A DNA stretch of 53,545 nucleotides, taken from positions 1 through 53,545 of the IMG/VR virus record IMGVR_UViG_3300037248_000068. The stretch is one strand, 5' to 3'. Position 1 is the stretch's first letter. Each line of letters opens with the position of its first letter. The notes beneath the pieces are model-generated. The model was not told the origin of the DNA. It saw nothing but the letters and a program-made list of their open reading frames with translations, and ran no database searches. Source of the stretch: a virus (Duplodnaviria > Caudoviricetes). Made by a program: the position numbers and the translations under genes. Shown piece after piece: positions 44,009-52,809 of the stretch.

Positions 44009-44671
44009 TTAGTGGCCGCCGATCGGGAACGGCAGCACTGCGGCACCGGGACCGTTGTTTCCGTACCCGCATAGGCGCGCCAGCGTGTAGAAGGGGATAT
44101 CGCCGCCGACGCTCGCCTGCATCGGTATGGCAACGGCGGGCGTGGTCGGGCACGCCGCACCCCACGCAAGCGGCGTCTGCGCATTGATTGTGACGTTGGT
44201 CGAGACGCTGATTTGCGTCCCGCTGGCCGCCGTCACGAATACGTACTGTGGAATTGTGATGGACGTGAGCGACGGATTCGCGCCGGCCGAAATCAGGCAG
44301 CCCACGCACGGCGGCGTGGTGGGGGTGGCGTTCAGGATGATAAGCGTTGACGGGTACTGCACCGTCAACACGCCCTGACCTGTGTAGGATGGCAGACCCG
44401 TTGCGCACGTTCCGCAAGCCGAACCGGCGGCGACGCCGCTGCCGGACGAAGTTGCAAAGCGCGCGCTGCCTTGCACGATGCGCAATTCGAGCGGCCCATT
44501 GCCGAAGTCGGTCACGCCGGGAGCCGGGTTGATAACGATTGGCAGCGGGAGCGCGGTCGCGGTAATCTGCTGCGACGTGACTTGCGCGCTCGCCGCGTGC
44601 GGTACCAGCACCGCGGCGACAATCAGCGTATTCAGTGCGAGACGATGCGCCCAACTCTTTCCGTAGTTCAT
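44009..44671 (-). CDS. Signal-peptide, Cys-containing beta protein (220 aa)
   Basis: AAGGA SD; ...LIVAAVLVPHAASA|Q; six Cys. Confidence 0.7.
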   Translation of the reverse strand: MNYGKSWAHRLALNTLIVAAVLVPHAASAQVTSQQITATALPLPIVINPAPGVTDFGNGPLELRIVQGSARFATSSGSGVAAGSACGTCATGLPSYTGQGVLTVQYPSTLIILNATPTTPPCVGCLISAGANPSLTSITIPQYVFVTAASGTQISVSTNVTINAQTPLAWGAACPTTPAVAIPMQASVGGDIPFYTLARLCGYGNNGPGAAVLPFPIGGH

Positions 44672-44706
44672 GACGGGTATCCTTCGTTCGTTGTGCGTCC
44701 GTTCAG

Positions 44707-45438
44707 TTAGTCGGCAATGAAGCCAGCGCCGCCGCGGTAATGACGAGACTGATTGAACATGACTTGGGCAACCGCGCCGGCTGCTGTCGGGTCGTTGCCG
44801 ATTTGCTCCGACGCGTTGATAATTCGCAAGGGCAGCGTGCTCGTTGTCGCGATTGTGGCGGGATCCAGCGACGTGCCGGAAATGCCGAATCGTGTCTGTT
44901 GAAAACCGGCATTGGCCTTCACGTCGATGCCGTTGCCCAAGTCCAGATTGAAGGCAGTTGCCGGCACGGTAGGCATGGTGCACGACATGATGACTTGCGG
45001 GTCCGTCTCGACAAAAACCCAGTCTTCGGTCAGGGCCGGAGTGTACTGCCAACCGTTCTTCGCCTTGTACAGCGTAATCGGGCCGAACCCGACCACAAGA
45101 CCCGCGATGACGCTTGTCGTGTCACCCGGAACCCAGCGCGAAACATTGGGCGCTATCGAACCGTTGCCCAGGAGCGAACCGCCGCCGTTGCCAATCACAA
45201 GCCCGCCGGGTGCTCCGATGTTGGCCGGTAAGTCGCCCGCACCCTGGACGCCGATCGAACTGGAATTCCACACCACGATATCGCCACGGAAGATCGCGAG
45301 AGCGTTGGTCGCCGCGACGTGGAAGGGCCGAACGGAACTTTGCGCCTGTGAAGCGCCGTCGCCCGGCTGCTGCGGCAAAAGCCCGCTGTAGTGCCGATAT
45401 CCGCCGCCGAGCGTTCCTTGATTGACGATTTGGACCAA
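44707..45438 (-). CDS. Capsid decoration / minor head protein
   Basis: GGAGG plus TTG; 'IFRGDIV', 'V..DP', 'G.S...LD...ATT.TLPLRI...V.FN' pattern of proteins usually next to this capsid type. Confidence 0.65.
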   Translation of the reverse strand: MVQIVNQGTLGGGYRHYSGLLPQQPGDGASQAQSSVRPFHVAATNALAIFRGDIVVWNSSSIGVQGAGDLPANIGAPGGLVIGNGGGSLLGNGSIAPNVSRWVPGDTTSVIAGLVVGFGPITLYKAKNGWQYTPALTEDWVFVETDPQVIMSCTMPTVPATAFNLDLGNGIDVKANAGFQQTRFGISGTSLDPATIATTSTLPLRIINASEQIGNDPTAAGAVAQVMFNQSRHYRGGAGFIAD

Positions 45439-45594
45439 AGTAGCCTCCTATGCGGCCGTTAGCTCTGGGGAACTCCCGAATCACTTGGTAGCACTGCAAC
45501 TTGTCATACGTCAAATCTGAGCGTAATGCAGCTTGCGGTAGGTTGACTTTTTCCGCGCATTCGCATCATATGTGCGCCGTACACGTACAGAGGA

Positions 45595-45924
45595 TTGAAT
45601 TATGAGGGCGGCCAGGGTGTGGAACAAGTGACGCACTTTCTTATCGGACTGCTCGTGCTTGTCGGGCTTATTGCCTTCGCGTTCGGCAGCGCCGTCGCGA
45701 TTGGCTTTGTACGCGCATGCTTGCTGCTTATCGCGGCGGTCGTACTTTTTGGTATCGCGTACGTCGTAATTGACGTGATGCAAACGCCGGACGCGCTGCC
45801 GATGGCAAAGATACCGGAGTTCACGCCGGAACTGCGCCGTACGTGTAGAGAATGGCTTGACCACCCGAACGACGCGCCGCGCATGTGCTTTGCATACTTG
45901 GACAGGTGGGAGAAAATCCGATGA
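45595..45924 (+). CDS. Membrane protein, N-terminus related to 52113-52265
   Basis: Two TM helices with 'GLIAFAFG'; TTGACT at ~45543; start uncertain. Confidence 0.65.
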   Translation: MNYEGGQGVEQVTHFLIGLLVLVGLIAFAFGSAVAIGFVRACLLLIAAVVLFGIAYVVIDVMQTPDALPMAKIPEFTPELRRTCREWLDHPNDAPRMCFAYLDRWEKIR

Positions 45925-46136
45925 GTACGATAGTCGCGGCGCTCGCCGTCATCGTTTGGCTGGAGGCGGGATTCATCGTATGCCTTCTGACGCGAAAGAC
46001 CGGAGGCGAGCGCCGCGAGCACATCGAAGATGACCTTCCGCCGGATCATCCGGTGAAATACCGGATTGACTCGTTCGCCAACCACCGGCGCTTTCGCGAA
46101 GACAGCGGCGCATGGCACCCATCATTGTTTAGCTGA
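45921..46136 (+). CDS. Small single-TM protein (71 aa)
   Basis: GGGAG SD, ATGA coupling. Confidence 0.55.
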   Translation: MSTIVAALAVIVWLEAGFIVCLLTRKTGGERREHIEDDLPPDHPVKYRIDSFANHRRFREDSGAWHPSLFS

Positions 46137-46168
46137 ATGCCGTACTTGGGCAAGCGGGAGAAAATACG

Positions 46169-46351
46169 ATGACTTTCCCTTGGGAGCAGTCCGCATCGCG
46201 TCTCGAATTAATCAAAGACCCGATAACAGGACTGTATCCGGGAGAGCGCGACGGCATTCCGGGCTTTTTGCGGCGCGTACGGATGCCGGATGGAACCGTA
46301 CAGATTGGACTCAGTCCTTCAAATAATCCTCAAGACTCAAGCCAATCGTAA
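46169..46351 (+). CDS. Hypothetical protein (60 aa, MTFPWEQ...)
   Basis: GGGAG SD. Confidence 0.55.
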   Translation: MTFPWEQSASRLELIKDPITGLYPGERDGIPGFLRRVRMPDGTVQIGLSPSNNPQDSSQS

Positions 46352-46619
46352 CTTCGGCCTTCGGCATCCACGAGTTGGCCTCGCGACGCATGGCGGCCCG
46401 TACGGTGCCGGCGACGCCGCTATCGCGTGCTCGCTCGAAAAGCAGTATCTCGCCCTCGGCAAGCGCCTTGTCGACCTCCGGATCGTCTTTGAGTGAGCTG
46501 GCCGCCACGCCAGCCGCCCGCGCTGCCAGTTCCAAGGGCACGCCTTCGCTAAGGCGCCGCAGCATGACAGCGCGTGGCGTCTCCTGCCTCTGCGTAAAGG
46601 GTGTCGACCACGGAAACAC
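46311..46619 (-). CDS. HTH protein, possible terminase small subunit
   Basis: 'L..G..L..AARAAGV' HTH followed by helices; starts MFPW. Confidence 0.55.
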   Translation of the reverse strand: MFPWSTPFTQRQETPRAVMLRRLSEGVPLELAARAAGVAASSLKDDPEVDKALAEGEILLFERARDSGVAGTVRAAMRREANSWMPKAEVTIGLSLEDYLKD

Positions 46620-46620
46620 G

Positions 46621-46917
46621 TTATCTCTTTTTCAGCGTGGCGCGGTTCGTCCCTGCGTCGTACTCGTAGTCGCGCGCGAGTCGCCCGCTTATTTTTGTCG
46701 CGCGGTCGATCGCGCGCCCCGCCGGCCCCAGTGCTTCGCGATACGCACCTTCCGCGGTCAGCCGCTCCGAGTTCTGTTCCACGTGGCCACGGTCGCGCAA
46801 AATCGAAAGCGCCATTTCGCGGTTGCCGCCGAGCTGATCCGTCAGCCGATCAATAAGCGGTTGGTGCGGCGCCCGCGGTGCCGACGCTTTCGGCCGAAGC
46901 ATTTTGTCAAACGACAT
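46621..46917 (-). CDS. Hypothetical protein (98 aa)
   Basis: GGAG SD; coupled downstream of the ejection protein. Confidence 0.7.
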   Translation of the reverse strand: MSFDKMLRPKASAPRAPHQPLIDRLTDQLGGNREMALSILRDRGHVEQNSERLTAEGAYREALGPAGRAIDRATKISGRLARDYEYDAGTNRATLKKR

Positions 46918-46921
46918 CGCG

Positions 46922-49900
46922 TCACTCCGTCATGCTGACCGCGGCACGCGCGCCAACCGTGCCGCCAACATCGCGGAAACCGCGTGCACGCCTTGCTACC
47001 GCCTCTTTCAGTTCCGGCACGAAATCCTCGAACCGAGCTGCACCGCCTGCGGCGCGTTGTGCACGCCATTGGTTATAACCGGCAACCAACTTTACCGCGC
47101 TGATGACGTGGCCCAGCACAGGGATTTTTTCCGCGCCAACAAGCGTGCGAATATCCTTTTCGACATCCGGCCCTTTGCGACGCATGGCATCCCATGCAGC
47201 AATTGCGGCTCTGTCATCTTGCGCAAAAGCGCGAAACGTACGGTCAGCCGTACGGCCAGCTTCGCCAGTCATGCGCGCCGCGGCTGCCATGTCGCCGCCA
47301 TTCGTCGCCTCCATCAGCCTGCGGTACCGCGTATCGAGCACCCTCAGCCGATCGATGACTTTCGGACCTTCGGTCGGACCGAATACGGCATTGGCGACCT
47401 TTGCTTGCTGCGTCCGTACGGTATCGGCAAGCGTGCGCATATCTTTTGCCGTCTGTGTACGACCCAGCGCGGTGCTTGTCATGGCGTCGCGTTCCGCGTC
47501 CAGCAAAGCCGAACGAACGTCCTTAAGCTGCGTCCACTTCGATTGCCAGTCCTTGGCAGGCGCCGTAATCGCAGCCTCCGTACGTTCCGCCAGCTCAGCG
47601 TGCTTCGCGGATACCTGTTTGTTCTCGACTGCGGCGATCGGCCCGTCCGTCAGCTTGGGCGACGCCTTTGGAGCACCGACGCCTTTGTTGCCTACTTCTC
47701 TTTCGAGCTGCCGATAGCCGGCCCCAATGTGTTCTTTTTCAGTTGCGCCCGGCCGCGACACTTCCGCTTCGCCGCGCGGCACGCCTTCGGACGCCACCTT
47801 GTGCGCATATGCAACTTCGTCGGGCTTGGCGCTCGGCATCATTTCTTTGATGGTTAGTTCGGCTTTTTCCTTCGCCTTCTCCGCGGCTTCATATTTCGGA
47901 TTTGCAGTCGCTGCGGCGCCGGCCACGCCCGGCAATTTCGGCTGCTCGGTTTTCAGCGTCTCGTTTGCAGCGTGCAAGTCCGCCGCAGCGGCGCGTACGG
48001 TCTTTTGCGCGTCGTTCGTAAATAGACTGTAAATCTTGTGCCCCACCATGCCGAGCGCGCGGCCAAAGCCTTCGCCGATTGCCGCGGCGCCCGCACCCGT
48101 CACGGCGACTTCGCCAGCGTCGACCGCATCGCCGCCCTTCGCAAGCGTGTCGGCGCCTTCCACAGCGCCCACACCGAGTGCCCTGGCCGCAGCGCCGACG
48201 TAGGGACGGCCTTCGGGCGCCACGCCGAGAACGCCGCCAAGCGCTACTTGCTTGGCGATCTCCCGCGGGCTCTGCGGATTGCCGAGCAAATAGTCCTTAA
48301 GCCACTGGCCCGCACCGCCGCCGACCGCACCGCCGCCGACTGCGCCCGCCGGGCCGCCAGCTACGCCGCCGCCGAGCGCACCAATAGTCGACCCGATTGC
48401 GGGCGCGTGCTCGGCGGCGGCATTACCGACATCGGCCAGTGTGGTAGTCGCAGCTCGCGTAGGGCTGCGACCCGTACGCATTGCCGCTACGTTACGCGCC
48501 TCTGCTGCTTGGTCGCCACCAAGCGCTACTTGCTTGGCGACCTCCCGCGGGCTCTGCGGATTGCCGAGCAAATTTGCCGCTACGTTACGCGCCTCTGCTG
48601 CTTGGTCCGCCTCACTGCCCTGTCCGAACCACCGCGCCTCCCGTACGCGTCGCGAGGCAAGTCCTTGGTTAACTTCGCCACCGGCTTTGTTGTATTGCAG
48701 GAACGCGGCTTTCGCACCGGCAAGATCGCCAGCCCGTACCTTCTCGCCCAAGCCGGATTGAGCCCACTTTTCGCCGGAATTGAACGTCAACGATGCCAAC
48801 GCGGCGCGCGTCCCCGGATCAAGATTCGGATTGACCTTATCGACGAACGCGGACGCTTTGCTCATTTCTTCGTTGAAACGACGTTCCGCAGTCGGTTTGT
48901 CGATCGCTTCCGTGGAGTGGGCCGCACGCGTACCGTAGCCGTTGGTAAACTGCTTGTAGTCCCACTCGGCGCGCTGCTTAAACCCTTCGGATTTCTTGAT
49001 TTCTTCCGCGTAGTTTACCGGAATTCCGCCAGTCGGCGGCTGTGCGGGTGCGCCTCCAGATCCCGGAGCTGCACCAACAGGACCCGGGGGTGGCTGCCCG
49101 CCATTCGGAGCGGCGGGAGAGTTTGGCCCGGATGGCTGTGAACTGGGCACCGCGGGTTCCGGGCCGCCCGTCTGTGATGACGGGCTGTCGCTGCCATGGT
49201 CGAGTGGCGCGACCTTGGCGCCTGGCACGTTGCTTCCCGTAGGCAGCATGACGCGACGGTCGCCAATCGTGACCATGGGGTAACTGTCAATCTCGCGGTT
49301 GCCGGCTTTCAACGCACTGTCGTACGTCGCGCGTAGCTGCGGGTTTTCCGTAACTTCCTTGTCAAGCCCCAGATTCTTCAGGACCATGCCGTAGCGGCCA
49401 GCCGTCTCCATCGGCTGCGAGATGCGGTCGCTTAGTTCCATCAAGGCCTCGCCGTGCTTGAAGCGCGCAACTTCCTTGATGCCTTCGATCGACGGAGGCG
49501 ACAGGCGCTCTTGTGGCGGTTTGCCGAGCCATTCCTTAAGGGCCGCGCGCTCCGTCTCCAGTCGGTTGCGCGCTTTATCGATTGTGCCGTACTTAGCCTC
49601 CAACATCTTCGTGAGGCCAATGCTGCCGGCTGCCTTCGATCCTTCGGCAACGTCGCGGCCGATAGCGCCCAGTTCATCGCTGATCAGCGCGAGGCCCGCG
49701 GCAGATTTGTACAGCTTGTCATTGTTCGCCGTGTTAAAAAAGTCGCGCGACATTTTGTACTTGCTGATCGCGCCTTTTACTTCGTCCGCATTCATTTGCT
49801 CACGTACGGTCTTGATTTGCTCCGGGGCGGCATTCGACCACGTAACGCCGCGATTGGCCGTGTCTCGCGATCCGGGTGGTCCCATGACACCCTGCACGTC

Positions 49901-50830
49901 GCCGTACCCTGGCAGCGTAACGGCCTTAAAGCCCGGGACGCCTTCGCCGTTGGCGAACTGGTACGTACCCTCGATACGCGACCCTACCTTTTCGTCCGTG
50001 ATCGGCACCGCTTGGTTGAGCTGATCTTGGCGCGCATTGAACGCCATCAGCGTCCGGCTCGCTTGGTTGTACTGCGTCTGCAGCGACCCGCGAACCCGCG
50101 TCCATTCCTCAAGAGTTTGCGGGATGCTGTCAGACTTGACGCCGATCGCCTGCAAATCGTTTTCTTTGATGACCTTATCGCGTGCGGCCTTGTACGCCAC
50201 TTCACTGCCGGCGGTCGCAGCGGCGTTGAGCGTCGTCATGCCGCGCTGTACGGCCTCCACGTGTTGACCAAACTTCGCCATGGCGTCGGGCATGTATAAG
50301 TCCGCGCGGTTCTTCCATTCCGGCGACGCACCCGACAGCGCCTTGTAAGCGTTAAAATTGCCTTCGTCCTTCCACTGCCGCAGCGCTTCGTTGGCGAGCG
50401 TCGTATCGGTCGCCTGGTAACCGAATTGATTCGGGTTGGTCAGGCCCCAGTTGCGCGCCGTGCTCCGTATGTCGGCCGCACGCTGTCGCTGTTGCTCAAT
50501 TTGCTGCAGTTGCTGCGTCGCTTGTGGCATAAAATCGCGTGCGGCTTTCACGCCGTCGGGGTCAAAAAACTGTATGAGCGGGTTCGTAGCGACGCTGCCG
50601 GCGGACTTGATGCGTTGCTGCAGCAAGTCCGCAGACTGATCGAGGGCCGACGTTGCAGGGTCGGGTGGCGTGTACTGCGGGCCACCGAACAGCTTACCGA
50701 CAGCCTTACCTGCAGAACTGACCGCGGCGCCAAAGCCCGAGCCGAAGCCACCATCCTGCGGCGCCGCGGGTGGCGGTGCGCTCGAGTCCGGAGTGCTGAA
50801 CTGGGAGCCGAAGCCGTCGCCATCAGCCAT
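46922..50830 (-). CDS. Large internal virion/ejection protein with GH24 lysozyme domain
   Basis: About 1300 aa; IKKSEGF...D......GYGT, AL.S.TFN.G, F..YNKAGG....GL..RR..E; glycine-zipper segment. Confidence 0.85.
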   Translation of the reverse strand: MADGDGFGSQFSTPDSSAPPPAAPQDGGFGSGFGAAVSSAGKAVGKLFGGPQYTPPDPATSALDQSADLLQQRIKSAGSVATNPLIQFFDPDGVKAARDFMPQATQQLQQIEQQRQRAADIRSTARNWGLTNPNQFGYQATDTTLANEALRQWKDEGNFNAYKALSGASPEWKNRADLYMPDAMAKFGQHVEAVQRGMTTLNAAATAGSEVAYKAARDKVIKENDLQAIGVKSDSIPQTLEEWTRVRGSLQTQYNQASRTLMAFNARQDQLNQAVPITDEKVGSRIEGTYQFANGEGVPGFKAVTLPGYGDVQGVMGPPGSRDTANRGVTWSNAAPEQIKTVREQMNADEVKGAISKYKMSRDFFNTANNDKLYKSAAGLALISDELGAIGRDVAEGSKAAGSIGLTKMLEAKYGTIDKARNRLETERAALKEWLGKPPQERLSPPSIEGIKEVARFKHGEALMELSDRISQPMETAGRYGMVLKNLGLDKEVTENPQLRATYDSALKAGNREIDSYPMVTIGDRRVMLPTGSNVPGAKVAPLDHGSDSPSSQTGGPEPAVPSSQPSGPNSPAAPNGGQPPPGPVGAAPGSGGAPAQPPTGGIPVNYAEEIKKSEGFKQRAEWDYKQFTNGYGTRAAHSTEAIDKPTAERRFNEEMSKASAFVDKVNPNLDPGTRAALASLTFNSGEKWAQSGLGEKVRAGDLAGAKAAFLQYNKAGGEVNQGLASRRVREARWFGQGSEADQAAEARNVAANLLGNPQSPREVAKQVALGGDQAAEARNVAAMRTGRSPTRAATTTLADVGNAAAEHAPAIGSTIGALGGGVAGGPAGAVGGGAVGGGAGQWLKDYLLGNPQSPREIAKQVALGGVLGVAPEGRPYVGAAARALGVGAVEGADTLAKGGDAVDAGEVAVTGAGAAAIGEGFGRALGMVGHKIYSLFTNDAQKTVRAAAADLHAANETLKTEQPKLPGVAGAAATANPKYEAAEKAKEKAELTIKEMMPSAKPDEVAYAHKVASEGVPRGEAEVSRPGATEKEHIGAGYRQLEREVGNKGVGAPKASPKLTDGPIAAVENKQVSAKHAELAERTEAAITAPAKDWQSKWTQLKDVRSALLDAERDAMTSTALGRTQTAKDMRTLADTVRTQQAKVANAVFGPTEGPKVIDRLRVLDTRYRRLMEATNGGDMAAAARMTGEAGRTADRTFRAFAQDDRAAIAAWDAMRRKGPDVEKDIRTLVGAEKIPVLGHVISAVKLVAGYNQWRAQRAAGGAARFEDFVPELKEAVARRARGFRDVGGTVGARAAVSMTE
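48234..48607. repeat. In-frame internal duplications in the ejection protein
   Basis: LLGNPQSPRE(I/V)AKQVALGG twice (~48236, ~48519) and DQAAEARNVAA twice (48481, 48574), nearly identical at DNA level. Confidence 0.85.
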
Positions 50831-50891
50831 GAAATCAACCCCTGCCTGCCGTTGTGGGGGTGATTCTAGCACGTCAAGCGCGGCAACTCAA

Positions 50892-51080
50892 TCACCGGAA
50901 CTTGATTGTGCGAACGCGACCCGGCGGGCTGTCGTAACGCTCCGTTTCTTCGTCGCGTATGCGGTCGGGGATTTCCTCACATTCGCGCAATGTCGGTGCT
51001 CGCAGACACAGCACTACGAACGCAAGCGCCGAGCCCGCGATGACTGTAGCGGCGCCGGCCGCGAACGATGCCCAGTTCAT
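50892..51080 (-). CDS. Small single-TM protein
   Basis: GGAG SD; MNWASFAAG... Confidence 0.55.
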   Translation of the reverse strand: MNWASFAAGAATVIAGSALAFVVLCLRAPTLRECEEIPDRIRDEETERYDSPPGRVRTIKFR

Positions 51081-51280
51081 GTTGCGGTCTCCAGTGCCCA
51101 GTGCATCCACGCCGTGGACTGCTCGCCGAAATGAAATTGCATGGGATGGTCGCCCCACTCGATTGCGACGATGATCTTGCCGCGGTGATTCTCGACATCC
51201 GCCACTGCGCCTGACGACCCGGACATCGCATTGCGGATACGGTCGCCCCGCTTAAGAGCGCGGAATTCGTCAATGGTCAT
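51077..51280 (-). CDS. Hypothetical SH3-like protein (67 aa)
   Basis: 'LKRGDRI.....G.V'; coupled. Confidence 0.65.
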   Translation of the reverse strand: MTIDEFRALKRGDRIRNAMSGSSGAVADVENHRGKIIVAIEWGDHPMQFHFGEQSTAWMHWALETAT

Positions 51281-51453
51281 CTGTCGGCCTGCCAGCTCGG
51301 CACGCTGGCATCAACTGTCGGCGCGGTTATCCAGAAGCCACGATCGTTGAGCACGAGCAAGCGACCGTCGTGCGTCATGCGCGTATCCGGCCTATCGCTA
51401 CGCGCCAGCTTGGCACGCTTTACCGAGTCAATTGTGCTCTTCCATGGGATCAT
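51277..51453 (-). CDS. Hypothetical protein (58 aa, MIPWKST...)
   Basis: GGAGGGG SD; ATGA coupling at both ends. Confidence 0.6.
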   Translation of the reverse strand: MIPWKSTIDSVKRAKLARSDRPDTRMTHDGRLLVLNDRGFWITAPTVDASVPSWQADR

Positions 51454-51620
51454 GTTCTGCTCCCCTCCGTTGCGATGTCGTCAACGATATCCATGATTCC
51501 CTTGATGACCGCGATCAGCGCGATCATGTCCGCATCCTCGGCCCTAATTTCCCTGAGGCGCGTGCGGATGCGCAACGTACGTTCGCGGCGACTGCGTTTC
51601 GCATCATCGTTGCGGCTCAT
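51450..51620 (-). CDS. Hypothetical protein (56 aa)
   Basis: AAGGA SD; MSRNDDAKRS... Confidence 0.55.
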   Translation of the reverse strand: MSRNDDAKRSRRERTLRIRTRLREIRAEDADMIALIAVIKGIMDIVDDIATEGSRT

Positions 51621-51653
51621 TTGTCTTCGTCCTTTGCGGGCCGTATTACGATG

Positions 51654-52055
51654 TCAGTACACCACGCGATCGGTTGCTTCCGGCTTGAACGACGCGACGG
51701 CGACAAGTGCCTCACCGTCTTTGCCGAGTTTTTCGATTGCTGCGGGCGATAGCAACTTGAACGCAGTTAAGCCGATCTCGTCAAACGCAAGCACCGCGGC
51801 CGTATCTTCATCGTTCCACTTGCGGTGCGTGATGCCAGGCTTGCGAGCGGCGCCTGGGAGCGTCGTACCTTTGGTGACGACGCGATAGGTGATTTGCGCG
51901 TCAAGCGCTTTCACGTAGCCGGCAACGTCCTGTACGGTCTTTGCCAGCGGCACGAGTTCGGCGTCGGCGATGGCTGCAGCGTCTAGCACCTGCAGCTCGG
52001 ACACGATCGCGTCGAGTGCGGATTTCAGTTCGGCGGGTGTGCGGTGATTGGACAT
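51654..52055 (-). CDS. Stand-alone paralog of the DUF2800 C-terminal domain
   Basis: KPG...R.WND...LSPA..EKLG..G....AVAS.KPEA shared with 10118-11059. Confidence 0.75.
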   Translation of the reverse strand: MSNHRTPAELKSALDAIVSELQVLDAAAIADAELVPLAKTVQDVAGYVKALDAQITYRVVTKGTTLPGAARKPGITHRKWNDEDTAAVLAFDEIGLTAFKLLSPAAIEKLGKDGEALVAVASFKPEATDRVVY

Positions 52056-52116
52056 TTGTGCTCTCCAGCGTTGAGTTGACGGTGTGAGGTCTAGCGTGAT
52101 TCGGCGGAAGTGTCAA
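52056..52116 (-). promoter_or_regulatory. Early promoter/leader cassette 5
   Basis: TTGACA-N17-TAGACC; GCTGGAGAGCA (52059-52069, reverse complement). Confidence 0.7.
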
Positions 52117-52265
52117 GGGGCGAAGCAAACGATCGCGACGAATGCCAGCGCTCCAAAAATCAGCGTAGCGCCGACGACCGTACGCGCAACCTTCACGCCG
52201 AACGCGAAAGTTATCAATCCGATGATGACGGCGAAGCCGATTGAGTGGCCGTGACGGTGCGACAT
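52113..52265 (-). CDS. Small two-TM membrane protein (50 aa)
   Basis: ATG after the conserved leader; 'GLITFAFG'. Confidence 0.7.
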   Translation of the reverse strand: MSHRHGHSIGFAVIIGLITFAFGVKVARTVVGATLIFGALAFVAIVCFAP

Positions 52266-52332
52266 GTTGCTCTCCAGCGGTTCGGTGTTTTCCAATGTCC
52301 GTACGTATGCGCCTTAAGGATTGCCGTGTCAA
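52266..52332 (-). promoter_or_regulatory. Early promoter/leader cassette 4
   Basis: TTGACA (52327-52332, reverse complement), TACGGACATTGGAA shared with cassette 3, GCTGGAGAGCA. Confidence 0.7.
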
Positions 52333-52772
52333 GCGCGTTTTTCAACTTTTCGCGAATATTTTCTTGCCGCGTCGGTTTGCATGCCGAGCAGCCAGGCCAG
52401 CTTGCCGATTTCGTACTTCGCGCAAATGGCGTCCCAGTGCGCCACGGCCGCTCGCCCATTGATTGGCGAAGCCGCGATGGCAATCCGTAGAGCTGACGCC
52501 GCAGGTTCCTCAGCAGCCGCCAGAACGCGTTGCATGCGCTTTGTGCGTTCGAAGTCCGACCGTGAAAGCCGGCCGATCGCAATCAGGTCGTCGACAACGC
52601 TCGCAAGCAATCCGCCGCACAGTTCCGCCAGCTCGACCGATAAGCCGTGTTGCTTGCAAGCCGACGTCAGAGCCGGTGATTGCATCCGCACAAGCCGACT
52701 GATGACAGCCGCGTTGTTAGCCGCTGTCTGCAGTGCGTACTGCGATAGCCGGATGGCCGGTAGGTTTGTCAT
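52329..52772 (-). CDS. Hypothetical helical protein (start 52772 or 52808)
   Basis: AAGGA SD before the ATG at 52772. Confidence 0.6.
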   Translation of the reverse strand: MTNLPAIRLSQYALQTAANNAAVISRLVRMQSPALTSACKQHGLSVELAELCGGLLASVVDDLIAIGRLSRSDFERTKRMQRVLAAAEEPAASALRIAIAASPINGRAAVAHWDAICAKYEIGKLAWLLGMQTDAARKYSRKVEKRA

Positions 52773-52809
52773 TTCGAAGTCCTTATCATCTTTCTTTCTC
52801 CCCGCCAAG

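Noticed and set aside
43212-50299. Long alternative-frame or antisense ORFs (e.g. 43212-44654, 46904-47857, 48038-49141, 49454-50299)
   Set aside because: Arg/Ala-rich shadows of real genes in GC-rich DNA, with no motifs or RBS
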